Origin: a virus
IMG/VR virus record: IMGVR_UViG_3300030118_001869
Span: 32,001 to 96,000 of that record
Direction: 5' to 3' (one strand)
Length of the DNA: 64,000 bases
Part shown: positions 47,786-56,399 of the stretch, piece after piece
Numbering within the stretch: position 1 is the stretch's first letter
Layout of the letters: every line of letters begins with the position of its first letter
The notes under the pieces: model-generated
The model's input: the letters and a program-made list of their open reading frames with translations, nothing else
What the model was told of the DNA's origin: nothing
The model's database searches: none
Program-made: the position numbers and the translations under genes

Positions 47786-48300
47786 GCAGCCTTTAATGTT
47801 AAAAAGGTCCTAGGTAGCAATCCTTTTTGCATAAACCTTAGTATTACATCTTCATATGTAATCCCTAAGTCTCTCAAAGACATTGTATTCTTAAAATCTT
47901 TAAGAGTTTCCTCTGGTGGAATAGATATAATATACTCTGCCATAGGTCCCGTAAATGTCTTTCTAAAATACGCATTTACTTTCTTATTACAAATTATTTG
48001 CTTCCATATATTTAGTTCATCCTGTGCTCTTTTCCATACTCTAATTATCCTTCTTTTCTTATCCCAATGTAACTTGGCTTTCTCCTCTGCACTATACATG
48101 TTTAAACCATGTAGTACACGTTTAAACAAAAAGTGTTGATATGGATTAAGTTTACGGTAGCTTAGGTTCTGTACTAAATTTTTAGGGTGTAGTTGGTATT
48201 CTGATAGTATACCATAATAGTTTAGTCTCTCTTCATGACGTTCTATTAATTCTTTATTTATATTATTCTTTATTAAGTTGATTTGTTCTGAGTTAAACAT
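47782..48300 (-). CDS. Hypothetical protein
   Basis: Start moved to MFNSEQ. ATGA overlap with the HNH gene. Confidence 0.75.
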   Translation of the reverse strand: MFNSEQINLIKNNINKELIERHEERLNYYGILSEYQLHPKNLVQNLSYRKLNPYQHFLFKRVLHGLNMYSAEEKAKLHWDKKRRIIRVWKRAQDELNIWKQIICNKKVNAYFRKTFTGPMAEYIISIPPEETLKDFKNTMSLRDLGITYEDVILRFMQKGLLPRTFLTLKAA

Positions 48301-48334
48301 ATTTGTTATTATAAGGGTTAAACATAAGTGATAA

Positions 48335-48397
48335 GTATAAATGTCGGGCTCCAAACCGTATGATCAAGCAGCTAAAAGCTGATTTTTACATTTATAC
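48335..48397 (-). ncRNA. Candidate three-way-junction RNA in a 5' UTR
   Basis: Perfect 10-bp closing stem GTATAAATGT/ACATTTATAC with two inner hairpins. Confidence 0.4.
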
Positions 48398-48407
48398 AGA
48401 GAAGGAT

Positions 48408-48980
48408 TTAGAGTTCAAATGACTCTACACCTTCTTCGTCAGCAACTTCTACTTCATCAGTAGATTCAGTTACAATTGCCTCTTCTTGCTCAACTTCTGC
48501 AATAGAATCTTCTAGATCTACTTGCTTAGTTGCTTTAACCTCATCCATTATTTTTGCTGAGGTTCCGTTAGCTTCTCTAATAGCATCACCATTTGCATGT
48601 GGAACTAATGTGTCACTAACATTTTCATCTTCAGAGTAGAAAGTTTTCCTATAAATAGGTTCACCATCTGATGTAGCACATATAATACCTGTTGTACCAG
48701 CCATTTTTAAGTCTATATCAGGGTTTTCTTCATTGAACGGAGTAGTTTGTTCAATAACGTAGATCTTTCCATTGATCTCTTTAGTATGCTGAAGACCTGT
48801 TTCTTCTAAGTCTTCTATTTTACCGTGAATCAGTGTTGATAACTGCTTCACATTCACAAAGTTGTTGGCTCCAATTATTCTTCTCTTCTGAGTTAATCTA
48901 ATGAAACCATAATCAGGGTTTTTAGATGATTGACGAATTACATTACCTAATTCATCAGCATCAATTTTTACTGTTGACAT
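48408..48980 (-). CDS. Hypothetical protein with long acidic tail
   Basis: 190 aa, Glu/Asp-rich C-terminus ending ESFEL. Confidence 0.75.
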   Translation of the reverse strand: MSTVKIDADELGNVIRQSSKNPDYGFIRLTQKRRIIGANNFVNVKQLSTLIHGKIEDLEETGLQHTKEINGKIYVIEQTTPFNEENPDIDLKMAGTTGIICATSDGEPIYRKTFYSEDENVSDTLVPHANGDAIREANGTSAKIMDEVKATKQVDLEDSIAEVEQEEAIVTESTDEVEVADEEGVESFEL

Positions 48981-49012
48981 AATTAAAATATTAAAAGGGT
49001 GAAAATTAAATA

Positions 49013-49288
49013 TCAGATATCATCTGAGTGGAAGTAATCATCATTAAGTTTTTCTACTGTGTCTATTTCATCCAATCTTGGTTCATATTCTGAGTCAGCC
49101 TTAATATCTTCTAAGGCTTCCTTACGTGCCAAGGTTGTGTTTGCATATAGCCCGTAGAAAGGACTTGTTACTTCTTTTGTATATGCTGAGCTGATACCAT
49201 TAAGATCATTTATCTCTTCATCTGACATTGATAGATACTGTTCTACCGAACATTCTATTATTCTGCCATTTGGGAGTTGTAGTATCAT
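49013..49288 (-). CDS. Hypothetical acidic protein
   Basis: 91 aa, preceded by TACTTTTG on the minus strand (49309-49316). Confidence 0.75.
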   Translation of the reverse strand: MILQLPNGRIIECSVEQYLSMSDEEINDLNGISSAYTKEVTSPFYGLYANTTLARKEALEDIKADSEYEPRLDEIDTVEKLNDDYFHSDDI

Positions 49289-49392
49289 CTTATTACATCT
49301 GAGTCAATCAAAAGTAGTAAAAAATCTACAGTAATAATGATCTAAGATGGTATATTCTCAGCTTTTGGATTAAAAAGTTAGCATAATAATAG

Positions 49393-49644
49393 CTAACATA
49401 ATATAATTTTTCTACCAATACGCTTGATAACACCTGCATCTTTCAGTTCTTTTATGTTTCTACTGATCTGACGCTGACTTTTATCAAGTATATCTGCTAG
49501 AGTTGATATAGATGGATAGCATTCACGTTTATCTCCACAATATATACACAATAATGCATATAATGCTTTAGATTGTGCTGAGACAGAGGGATTAGACATA
49601 ACTTCCCAATCTACTATACCAAATCTTTTATAAATCTTCTCCAC
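49393..49644 (-). CDS. Winged helix-turn-helix protein
   Basis: KALYALL, YPSISTLA..L..S.RQISR.IKELKDAGVI. Confidence 0.8.
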   Translation of the reverse strand: MEKIYKRFGIVDWEVMSNPSVSAQSKALYALLCIYCGDKRECYPSISTLADILDKSQRQISRNIKELKDAGVIKRIGRKIILC

Positions 49645-50116
49645 GTTCTACATGAAGTTGGAAATATGGTATGCTATCAGCAGGAATTACTTCACATGCA
49701 GTCCTATCAATCCTTTCTTTCTTATATATTAAGGTTTTGTCTTCATTATAAGTCATAAGCTCAATATCTAATCTTGTAGAGAATCTGTTTATATCATTAC
49801 CATAGCTGTCTCTCTGTGGTACTCTACCAAAATAGTGGTTATTTACACATAAACCTAAGTCAATCATGACATCTATGTCTATATTGTCTGCAAACCACCC
49901 CGTTTTAGAGTGAAACATTACATAATCACCAGGTATAATAGGAACATACTGTTCTTTAAGTTGTAATAGCATGATCATCATTGCTATAGACTCTTTGTCC
50001 ATAGTCTCCATGAGGAACTGTGCTATCATATTTCTATTGACACCTGCATTGAGCCCATCTTCAATGAGCCCAAGTGCTGTGTCATGTGGTATTGGTACAT
50101 CTATCTGTCTCGCCAT
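49628..50116 (-). CDS. Hypothetical protein
   Basis: 162-aa ORF overlapping both neighbours. Confidence 0.7.
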   Translation of the reverse strand: MARQIDVPIPHDTALGLIEDGLNAGVNRNMIAQFLMETMDKESIAMMIMLLQLKEQYVPIIPGDYVMFHSKTGWFADNIDIDVMIDLGLCVNNHYFGRVPQRDSYGNDINRFSTRLDIELMTYNEDKTLIYKKERIDRTACEVIPADSIPYFQLHVERGEDL

Positions 50117-50886
50117 CTTTTCAAGTCATTTATGTGAAATGTATACTGAGGTGTAACCACGTGTGTCATGAATGATTTTAATTCATACCATACATAGCCT
50201 GTCTCAGGATTCATAAGTATATGGTTATCTTGTGCAGGCATAAAGCTCTGAGCCAGCATAAATAACTTATGACCAGTTTCCTGATCATATAGAACATCTA
50301 CTACAGTAACTGCATGGCCTGGAAATCCTCCTACAACAAATACATCACCTGCCATTATATCCCATATAGGAACTGCTTCAAGGTTATACTCTGATATAGA
50401 CCATGTATTAGCATATGTCCATACCAAATCCATCCATTTCCTAAATGTTTCACAATTATCTTCTCTTCCTGATGATCCAAGGTATTCCAAATAGTTATAC
50501 TCTGTGCCATCAGCTCCATTGAATACTAATCTATCATAGAATTCTGGACCATTACTGTAATTATAAGATGCCCATAGATACATTGATGCATCTGCGCACT
50601 GATGTAAGTCCAAAGGACCTATGTCATAGTCAAATACTGCAGCAAATACATCATTACGGCCATTATATTTAACCTGTCCGTTATGATATCTTACAATATC
50701 TTCCTTCTTTAAAGGATGATCTATTAACCATTGAGAGAAACCATCATCTGATCTGAAGTATTTCTTTGCCTCTTTTGGTATTTTAAAGTGAGTTTTTATA
50801 GACTTATCACTAGTCTTTAAGGATACGTATTGTGCATGTGTCACATTTAGTGCAAGCATACACATAATTAATATTAAATTTTTCAT
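50101..50886 (-). CDS. Exported DUF4846-like protein
   Basis: Start moved to MKNLIL, signal peptide ...THA/Q. QCADA, GDVF..GGFPGHAV.VVD and LAQSFMPAQ. Confidence 0.75.
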   Translation of the reverse strand: MKNLILIMCMLALNVTHAQYVSLKTSDKSIKTHFKIPKEAKKYFRSDDGFSQWLIDHPLKKEDIVRYHNGQVKYNGRNDVFAAVFDYDIGPLDLHQCADASMYLWASYNYSNGPEFYDRLVFNGADGTEYNYLEYLGSSGREDNCETFRKWMDLVWTYANTWSISEYNLEAVPIWDIMAGDVFVVGGFPGHAVTVVDVLYDQETGHKLFMLAQSFMPAQDNHILMNPETGYVWYELKSFMTHVVTPQYTFHINDLKRWRDR

Positions 50887-50916
50887 GTTTACTGTTATTA
50901 AAAGTTGCTGAACTCC

Positions 50917-50938
50917 GCTTGGGAGAAAAATAAATAGG
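50917..50938 (-). promoter_or_regulatory. Phage-specific early promoter-like motif, copy 3
   Basis: Minus strand CCTATTTATTTTTCTCCCAAGC. Confidence 0.65.
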
Positions 50939-51105
50939 TAAAATAAAGGTGAATCAGGAAGCCGGTTAACTATTAATAAACTAAACTTATGAAAACTACT
51001 CATCATAATACGATAGACTTCCTTCATCACCTCTGGTTATCACTTACCTAACCAATGCTTAGCCTTAATACTAATGTTATTATAGTATATAATACTATGT
51101 TATTA

Positions 51106-51429
51106 TTAGTTGGACACTGATGTCTTCTTATAGTTAAATTCTATGTATAAGAATGGAACTAATAAGGCAATACCACCTCCCTCAGTTAATCCTATTGATA
51201 GGCCAAACTGTGGGATCTTTTCTACTTTCACGTTAGGTAAGATTGTAATACCACCTAGCAATGCATATAATACAATTGCTGAGGCAATATTGTATGTAAC
51301 TACAAGAACTCCTGTAATTACTACAGCTGTTTCACTTCCAGTAAAGGAAGCAATCATAAAAGCCAACGCTGCTATTGGCTGCATTACAACAAGGAACACC
51401 TTGACTAATGCTCTAAGAAACTTATTCAT
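51106..51429 (-). CDS. Membrane protein
   Basis: Two N-terminal TM helices and a hydrophobic beta-like tail. Confidence 0.7.
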   Translation of the reverse strand: MNKFLRALVKVFLVVMQPIAALAFMIASFTGSETAVVITGVLVVTYNIASAIVLYALLGGITILPNVKVEKIPQFGLSIGLTEGGGIALLVPFLYIEFNYKKTSVSN

Positions 51430-51440
51430 AATTTTATTTT

Positions 51441-51881
51441 TTAATTAGTTATTACATAGTCTCCATTGTTTATCAATAGTGTAATATCCTGTATAAACAT
51501 TTGTTCACCAAGGTTATTGTTACAGTCTATTGATGTTGTATCTGCTTCTAAGTCATATAAAGTGTTACTAAATATAACATAGTCTGGGTCTGAATTTAGT
51601 CCTGGAGAACTCCAGAATATTTCACGCCATTGTGCATATGCTATTTGGTTTATGCCTACACAAAAGGCAATCCAACGGTTATATGCAAAGCATGATCTAT
51701 CTTCATCCCATGCAAGATACATGTATTCCCAGTTTTCTGTACCATATTCTGAATCATACTGGCCTTTATTTATAACTTCAGTATATATAAATGCCTGATT
51801 TTCTGGGTTAAGAATAGGGTCATCATCTTTAGAGCACGAGGCTAATAAGATAATGGATAAGATATAAAGGGTCTTTTTCAT
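51441..51881 (-). CDS. Lipoprotein
   Basis: MKKTLYILSIILLASC-SKDDD: lipobox plus a Bacteroidota LES-like K-D-D-D sequence. Confidence 0.8.
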   Translation of the reverse strand: MKKTLYILSIILLASCSKDDDPILNPENQAFIYTEVINKGQYDSEYGTENWEYMYLAWDEDRSCFAYNRWIAFCVGINQIAYAQWREIFWSSPGLNSDPDYVIFSNTLYDLEADTTSIDCNNNLGEQMFIQDITLLINNGDYVITN

Positions 51882-51944
51882 AATATTATTCTATATACAA
51901 GTATAGACCTACTATAATTAAGTAGGCCATACCTGTGATTAAAC

Positions 51945-52100
51945 TTAACATCTGACCATTCTTTGTTTCTTTGCATTCCAACACTTCTGTGACTTGTAGT
52001 ATTTCTTTTTGCTTTTACACATTCCTCTTGAGGAACTACAAGATGATAGTATTGGACCAAAGATAAATATGGCCACGATAATATACATTAATTTTTTCAT
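51945..52100 (-). CDS. Small basic Cys-rich lipoprotein (51 aa)
   Basis: Start moved to MKKLMY. Lipobox LSSC. Confidence 0.6.
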   Translation of the reverse strand: MKKLMYIIVAIFIFGPILSSCSSSRGMCKSKKKYYKSQKCWNAKKQRMVRC

Positions 52101-52398
52101 AATGCTAGGATTAAAGTGATTTGCAATATTGCGGGTACTTATATACTCTTCATATAAGAGAAAGACAATATACATATAAAGCCAACCCATAACTTGTAGT
52201 CTTATTGGTATTGTTGATCCACATTCCTCTAGTTATGGTGTTAGCTATGTATATATATACGGTCATTACTTTTATTTTAGGTGGTAATAAGTGGTATTTT
52301 GTGGGTATTTGGCCTCACATTTATTGTGCAACACACACAATTAATTTGTTTTTATGTTGCAAAATAGTTGCAAAAGCCAACGTTGGAACTAAAAAAGT

Positions 52399-52421
52399 AA
52401 AAAAGGGAACACTTGGTTCCC
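52399..52421 (-). terminator. Intrinsic terminator after the first early gene
   Basis: GGGAAC-acttg-GTTCCC with U6 on the minus strand and a T-rich tail on the plus strand. Confidence 0.6.
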
Positions 52422-52484
52422 CTTTCTTTGTCTTACTACTGATTACACGCTATCACCTGTGCTTTTTGTAGTTGCTGACTTATA

Positions 52485-52778
52485 TTAGTGTGCCCAATAC
52501 AGGTTGTCAAACTCTTCTCCTGTTGATTGGTTCACTACTTTCTTTTCGGTTAGTTCTAATGATGCTATCTCATCACCTACCTTTAATTCAGCCTTTAAGG
52601 CCATACCGTCTTCAGGGCTTATAGCAGTAAATCCAAAGCGGACATTACCATTCCCTGCTTGTTGCCTCACCTCAAATTCTCTGCTACCAATTTTCTTGGT
52701 TACAGTTTGGACACCTGAGAGAGGTGCGTCCGAAGTGATAAGACCTTTGTTACTCTCAGTAATTTTAAAATAATACAT
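52485..52778 (-). CDS. Hypothetical protein, first gene of the early block
   Basis: 97 aa with an A-rich translation start, its own motif copy and a terminator. Confidence 0.75.
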   Translation of the reverse strand: MYYFKITESNKGLITSDAPLSGVQTVTKKIGSREFEVRQQAGNGNVRFGFTAISPEDGMALKAELKVGDEIASLELTEKKVVNQSTGEEFDNLYWAH

Positions 52779-52839
52779 AGTAAATAAATTTTAAGTTAAA
52801 CAATTATTTTAGTGGCGGGTAGAGACCTGCCAAATTATA

Positions 52840-52860
52840 GTTGGGGAGCAAAACAATAGG
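52840..52860 (-). promoter_or_regulatory. Phage-specific early promoter-like motif, copy 4 (variant)
   Basis: Minus strand CCTATTGTTTTGCTCCCCAAC, followed by hairpin 52813-52832. Confidence 0.5.
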
Positions 52861-52911
52861 ACCTCTTGCCAATGCTAAATACACTACATTTTTTTTAGGT
52901 GGAAAAAAAAT

Positions 52912-52930
52912 TTTGTATATTAAGTGTATA
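52912..52930 (+). promoter_or_regulatory. Putative late-type promoter TTTGTATATTA-N4-TATA
   Basis: Head of the + strand block leading to TerL and portal. Confidence 0.55.
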
Positions 52931-52939
52931 GACCTAACA

Positions 52940-53260
52940 ATGGAACAAGAAGACTACGGATACGGGAAATCAGTTGAAGAGATGCAAAAAGAGGAGGAGA
53001 TGCTTACTACAGCATTCAATAACTCTTATAACTATCTAACTAATAAAGTTACTATGGATTATGTATTGCATGCTAGTGAGAGTGAATTTGGGTTTGTATT
53101 GGCTCATAATACACATGTTGGGCCTACGAAAATGGAACTAGAGAATATGATCCTCCACTTTATAGAGACTGAAGAGTATGAAAAATGTGCAGTACTTAAG
53201 GGTATATTGAATAAAGAATATCCTGAGTCAATCAATGAATCATTAGAAGAGTGGCTATGA
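52940..53260 (+). CDS. Hypothetical protein with UVR-like motif
   Basis: Start moved to MEQEDY. EEYEKCAVLK. Confidence 0.65.
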   Translation: MEQEDYGYGKSVEEMQKEEEMLTTAFNNSYNYLTNKVTMDYVLHASESEFGFVLAHNTHVGPTKMELENMILHFIETEEYEKCAVLKGILNKEYPESINESLEEWL

Positions 53261-53505
53261 CAGAAAATAGTATAAAGAAATTAGGATTTGAAAAATGCGT
53301 GATAGATCAAAATGATAGCGGTTTAGATCGTGATATATATTATTATACGTATAACGTAGGTAGCGTATGTTTTATATCTAATGATACTAGTGATGGAAAA
53401 GGTAAGAGTAACTGGGAAGTAGAAATACCTGGATCAGACGTAGTATTTAACACCGTAAAAGATCTTCAATGCGTAATAGAATGTCTAGAAAGAAACAGAG
53501 TATGA
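53251..53505 (+). CDS. Hypothetical protein
   Basis: IKKLGF N-terminal motif common in small phage proteins. Confidence 0.7.
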   Translation: MAMTENSIKKLGFEKCVIDQNDSGLDRDIYYYTYNVGSVCFISNDTSDGKGKSNWEVEIPGSDVVFNTVKDLQCVIECLERNRV

Positions 53506-53696
53506 GTAAAGCATTACTAAAATTTGAGGTACATGAAAGTGGTGAAGGATCTAGTGACTTTAAGATTATAGAGATAGTTACTGATAGAACACCTGAGTGG
53601 ACAATGTCACAATACCTAAGAAATAGAAGTAATACTACAATGAAACTGCTTTACTCAGTTCCTTTTGCTGAATCAGAACAAAAAAATAATGGATAA
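53502..53696 (+). CDS. Hypothetical protein
   Basis: Start moved to MSKALL (ATGA overlap). Confidence 0.6.
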   Translation: MSKALLKFEVHESGEGSSDFKIIEIVTDRTPEWTMSQYLRNRSNTTMKLLYSVPFAESEQKNNG

Positions 53697-54078
53697 GTAT
53701 ATATACAGGGCTAAGTTAGTTAGAGTAGTGGACGGGGATACTTTTGATGCAATGATAGACCTGGGGTTTGATACGTGGATAAAACGTAGAATCAGACTGA
53801 AAGGCGTAGATACGTGGGAATCTAGAACTCGTGATAAAGCTGAAAAGAAAAAAGGGTTGGCCGCTAAGGCACGAACAAAAGAAATACTCTTAGACGTAAG
53901 CTGTGACTCTGGATTATGTAGACTTAAATCATACGGAACGGGTAAATATGGACGTGTACTAGGAGAAGTATACGTAAAAGATATAGATGGAAATGAATTA
54001 TGCTTGAATCAAGCCTTATTAGATGAGGGTCATGCTTATGTATATGATGGAGGCAAGAAACAAGTGTTTAAGTCATGA
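53689..54078 (+). CDS. Thermonuclease (SNase-like)
   Basis: VVDGDT, IRLKGVDTWE, GKYGRVLG and LN..L..EGHA..Y. Confidence 0.85.
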   Translation: MDKYIYRAKLVRVVDGDTFDAMIDLGFDTWIKRRIRLKGVDTWESRTRDKAEKKKGLAAKARTKEILLDVSCDSGLCRLKSYGTGKYGRVLGEVYVKDIDGNELCLNQALLDEGHAYVYDGGKKQVFKS

Positions 54079-54449
54079 AAAAATTTATATTAGTAATAAT
54101 CTTTCTTATACCTTTCTTTTCATACACACAATTCTATAAAGAACGTGACAAGCAACTTCACTTTGCAGCTGGTAATATAGCAGGTGCAGCTGGATATGTA
54201 TGGTCCTATAACAAACACCATGATAAAAAGAGAGCTATTATAACAGGTATATGCACAGCTTTTGCAGCTGGTGTAATGAAAGAACTATATGACAGCTCTA
54301 TACAAGGTAATTATCTAGACTTTGAGGATCTTGCTGCTACAACATTAGGAGGAATCACAATAACAACCACTATTCCTTTATTTGAACCTAAGAAATCAAA
54401 AAGAAAAAAGAAAAGAAGACCTAGATCAAAAGGTAAGTGTGGTAGATAG
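54075..54449 (+). CDS. Membrane protein, YfiM/DUF2279-like
   Basis: DKQLHF, KELYD and DLAAT..G, with hydrophobic helices. Confidence 0.65.
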   Translation: MKKFILVIIFLIPFFSYTQFYKERDKQLHFAAGNIAGAAGYVWSYNKHHDKKRAIITGICTAFAAGVMKELYDSSIQGNYLDFEDLAATTLGGITITTTIPLFEPKKSKRKKKRRPRSKGKCGR

Positions 54450-54454
54450 TTTAC

Positions 54455-54492
54455 TTTAAACTTTTATTATTTAAACTTTATTTATATATTTG
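54455..54492 (+). promoter_or_regulatory. Bacteroidota -7 element with tandem TTTAAACTTT repeats
   Basis: TATATTTG at 54485-54492. Direct repeats at 54455 and 54470. Confidence 0.45.
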
Positions 54493-54521
54493 TTATATAT
54501 TGTTTAACTAAAACCAATGAT

Positions 54522-54782
54522 ATGGCAATAAATGAAAACTTAGTTCCTGATGAGGAACAACTAAGTCCTGAAGAAATAAAGGATAGAAGACAAGAGCTTA
54601 CTAATTTCTATAAAGATGGAATTAAGCACTTAAAAGTACAAAAAGAGTATGAAACTCTTTTAACAGAGATAGAAGAGCAAAGAGCAAAAAGGATGCAAGC
54701 ATCTATGTTTTTAGCTAATGCCTTTGCTAAAGAAGAAGCTAATAACCAAAACCAAGAAAATGAAAATAATAAAAAAGGGTGA
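54522..54782 (+). CDS. Hypothetical coiled-coil protein
   Basis: 86 aa. Confidence 0.7.
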   Translation: MAINENLVPDEEQLSPEEIKDRRQELTNFYKDGIKHLKVQKEYETLLTEIEEQRAKRMQASMFLANAFAKEEANNQNQENENNKKG

Positions 54783-55677
54783 TTCAGGCCCAGAAGTTCA
54801 TAGACTACAAACTGTTTTAAAATTACAACAAGATGGAGTTTTTGGACCAGCAACAGAAAAAGCAGTAATTAGATTTCAACTAGCATATGATTTAAAACCA
54901 GATGGTATAGTTGGACCAAGTACATGGGAACGCCTTATGATAGGTAGCACTTATCAAGAAGAAGCTATAGATGAAGATACAGATAATCAATCTATGATAT
55001 GGCAGACTAATTATGATCAAACAGTACATAGATATTTTTTACCTAAAGGAGAATATCTTGAAGGACCTGTAGTAAATGAATATGCATTTTTACATCATAC
55101 AGCAGGTAGACACAATCCATTTAAAGTAGTGGACCATTGGGGAAGAGATACAAGAGGTAGAGTAGCTACAGAATTTGTTCTAGGTGGTAAGTGTTCAAGC
55201 AGTGGTAAAGATGAGTATGATGGTGTGATGGTACAAGCATTTCCGGTTGGAGGATATGGATGGCATTTAGGTAAAACAGGTAGTGGTCACATGAATAGAC
55301 ATTCAACTGGTATTGAAATATGTGCATTTGGATATTTAAAAGATGGTAAAACTTATGTAAATACAACTGTTAGAGAAGATCAAATTTATACATTAAAAGA
55401 ACCATTTAGAGGATATACACAATATCACTCTTACACAGATAAGCAAATGGAAGAAACTGAAAAGTGGATTAAATATATTGCTGAGAGAGATGGTATTGAT
55501 GTAAGATTAGGTTTGAAACAGTGGATACAAAAGTATGGACCTGCAAAAGCATTTGATTTTCAAGAGGATGCTTACTATGGAAAAGTGAAAGGTTTACTTA
55601 CACATACAAATGTTAGAAGGGATAAGACGGATTGTTATCCTGATGAAAGACTTATTGATATTATATTAAGTTTGTAA
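54760..55677 (+). CDS. Endolysin: peptidoglycan-binding domain + Zn-dependent N-acetylmuramoyl-L-alanine amidase
   Basis: Start moved to MKIIKK. LQ..L...DGVFGP.TE.AV..FQ....DGIVGP.TW, then LHHTAG, STGIE and TH...R.DK.DC. Confidence 0.88.
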   Translation: MKIIKKGDSGPEVHRLQTVLKLQQDGVFGPATEKAVIRFQLAYDLKPDGIVGPSTWERLMIGSTYQEEAIDEDTDNQSMIWQTNYDQTVHRYFLPKGEYLEGPVVNEYAFLHHTAGRHNPFKVVDHWGRDTRGRVATEFVLGGKCSSSGKDEYDGVMVQAFPVGGYGWHLGKTGSGHMNRHSTGIEICAFGYLKDGKTYVNTTVREDQIYTLKEPFRGYTQYHSYTDKQMEETEKWIKYIAERDGIDVRLGLKQWIQKYGPAKAFDFQEDAYYGKVKGLLTHTNVRRDKTDCYPDERLIDIILSL

Positions 55678-55678
55678 A

Positions 55679-56059
55679 ATGGCTATAGTAAATAAAGTAG
55701 ACTTTAAAAAGCAAGTGACAATAAACGAAACTATTGGTTATCAGATATTGTCATATTGTTTTTTTAATAATATACATATTAGCAGCACTGATCTTAAACT
55801 TTTAACAGAATTAGCAAAGCAAGCTGGTGTTGAATTAACAAAGTTTTGTGTGTATCTTACAGACACTAAGATATTTAAAAGCAATCAATCTGCTAGAAAT
55901 GCAGTAACAAAGGCAGAAAAAAAGGGATTGATTGTTAAAAATGGAGTTAATAAGAAGACAGTAAACTTAAATACTGACATGAATGTCCAGGTTGAGGGTA
56001 TTGTTTTGTTAGATTATAAAATACTAGGACGTGAGACCCAAAAGCCACAAGCAATTTAA
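55679..56059 (+). CDS. Hypothetical protein (possible winged helix)
   Basis: QSARNAVTKAEKKGLIVK. Confidence 0.65.
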   Translation: MAIVNKVDFKKQVTINETIGYQILSYCFFNNIHISSTDLKLLTELAKQAGVELTKFCVYLTDTKIFKSNQSARNAVTKAEKKGLIVKNGVNKKTVNLNTDMNVQVEGIVLLDYKILGRETQKPQAI

Positions 56060-56399
56060 AGAAGATATTGCAAAAGAGGTTGGGGTACACCCAAAAGTTG
56101 TAGATGATTTTATAACTTTTTATTATGCAAAAGTTAGAAAAGCTTTGTCTACACTAGAATATCCTAGAGTACTTGTTGATGGACTAGGTACATTTTTTAT
56201 TAGAAAAGGTAAACTAGAGAATGCTATCAAAAGAAACAAAAGTATGTTAGGTAATCTAAAAAAGAGGACTTATAAAGGATATGAAAAGACTTATGCAATA
56301 AATCAAAAGCTTGAAGAAATGGAATCAGCTATAAGAATTATTGAAGATAACATAGAAAATAAAAAACAGTTTAAAAAGAAAAAGAATGCCAATAAGTAA
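56031..56399 (+). CDS. HU/IHF-like DNA-binding protein
   Basis: IAKEVG....VDDFI, then VLVDGLGTFFIR. Confidence 0.7.
   Translation: MRPKSHKQFKEDIAKEVGVHPKVVDDFITFYYAKVRKALSTLEYPRVLVDGLGTFFIRKGKLENAIKRNKSMLGNLKKRTYKGYEKTYAINQKLEEMESAIRIIEDNIENKKQFKKKKNANK

Noticed and set aside
48345-48390. SAM-II riboswitch (AACCGTAT, CAAGC, GCTAAAA fragments)
   Set aside because: The fragments are on the non-transcribed strand and the GAUUU/P1 order is wrong.
52205-52471. 88-aa + strand ORF
   Set aside because: TTG start, low-complexity TG-rich sequence, and it runs through a terminator hairpin. More likely non-coding.
38621-52860. CRISPR array or attachment sites from the 22-nt repeats
   Set aside because: Copies are kilobases apart and each precedes a gene. 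There are no spacers, cas genes or integrase.
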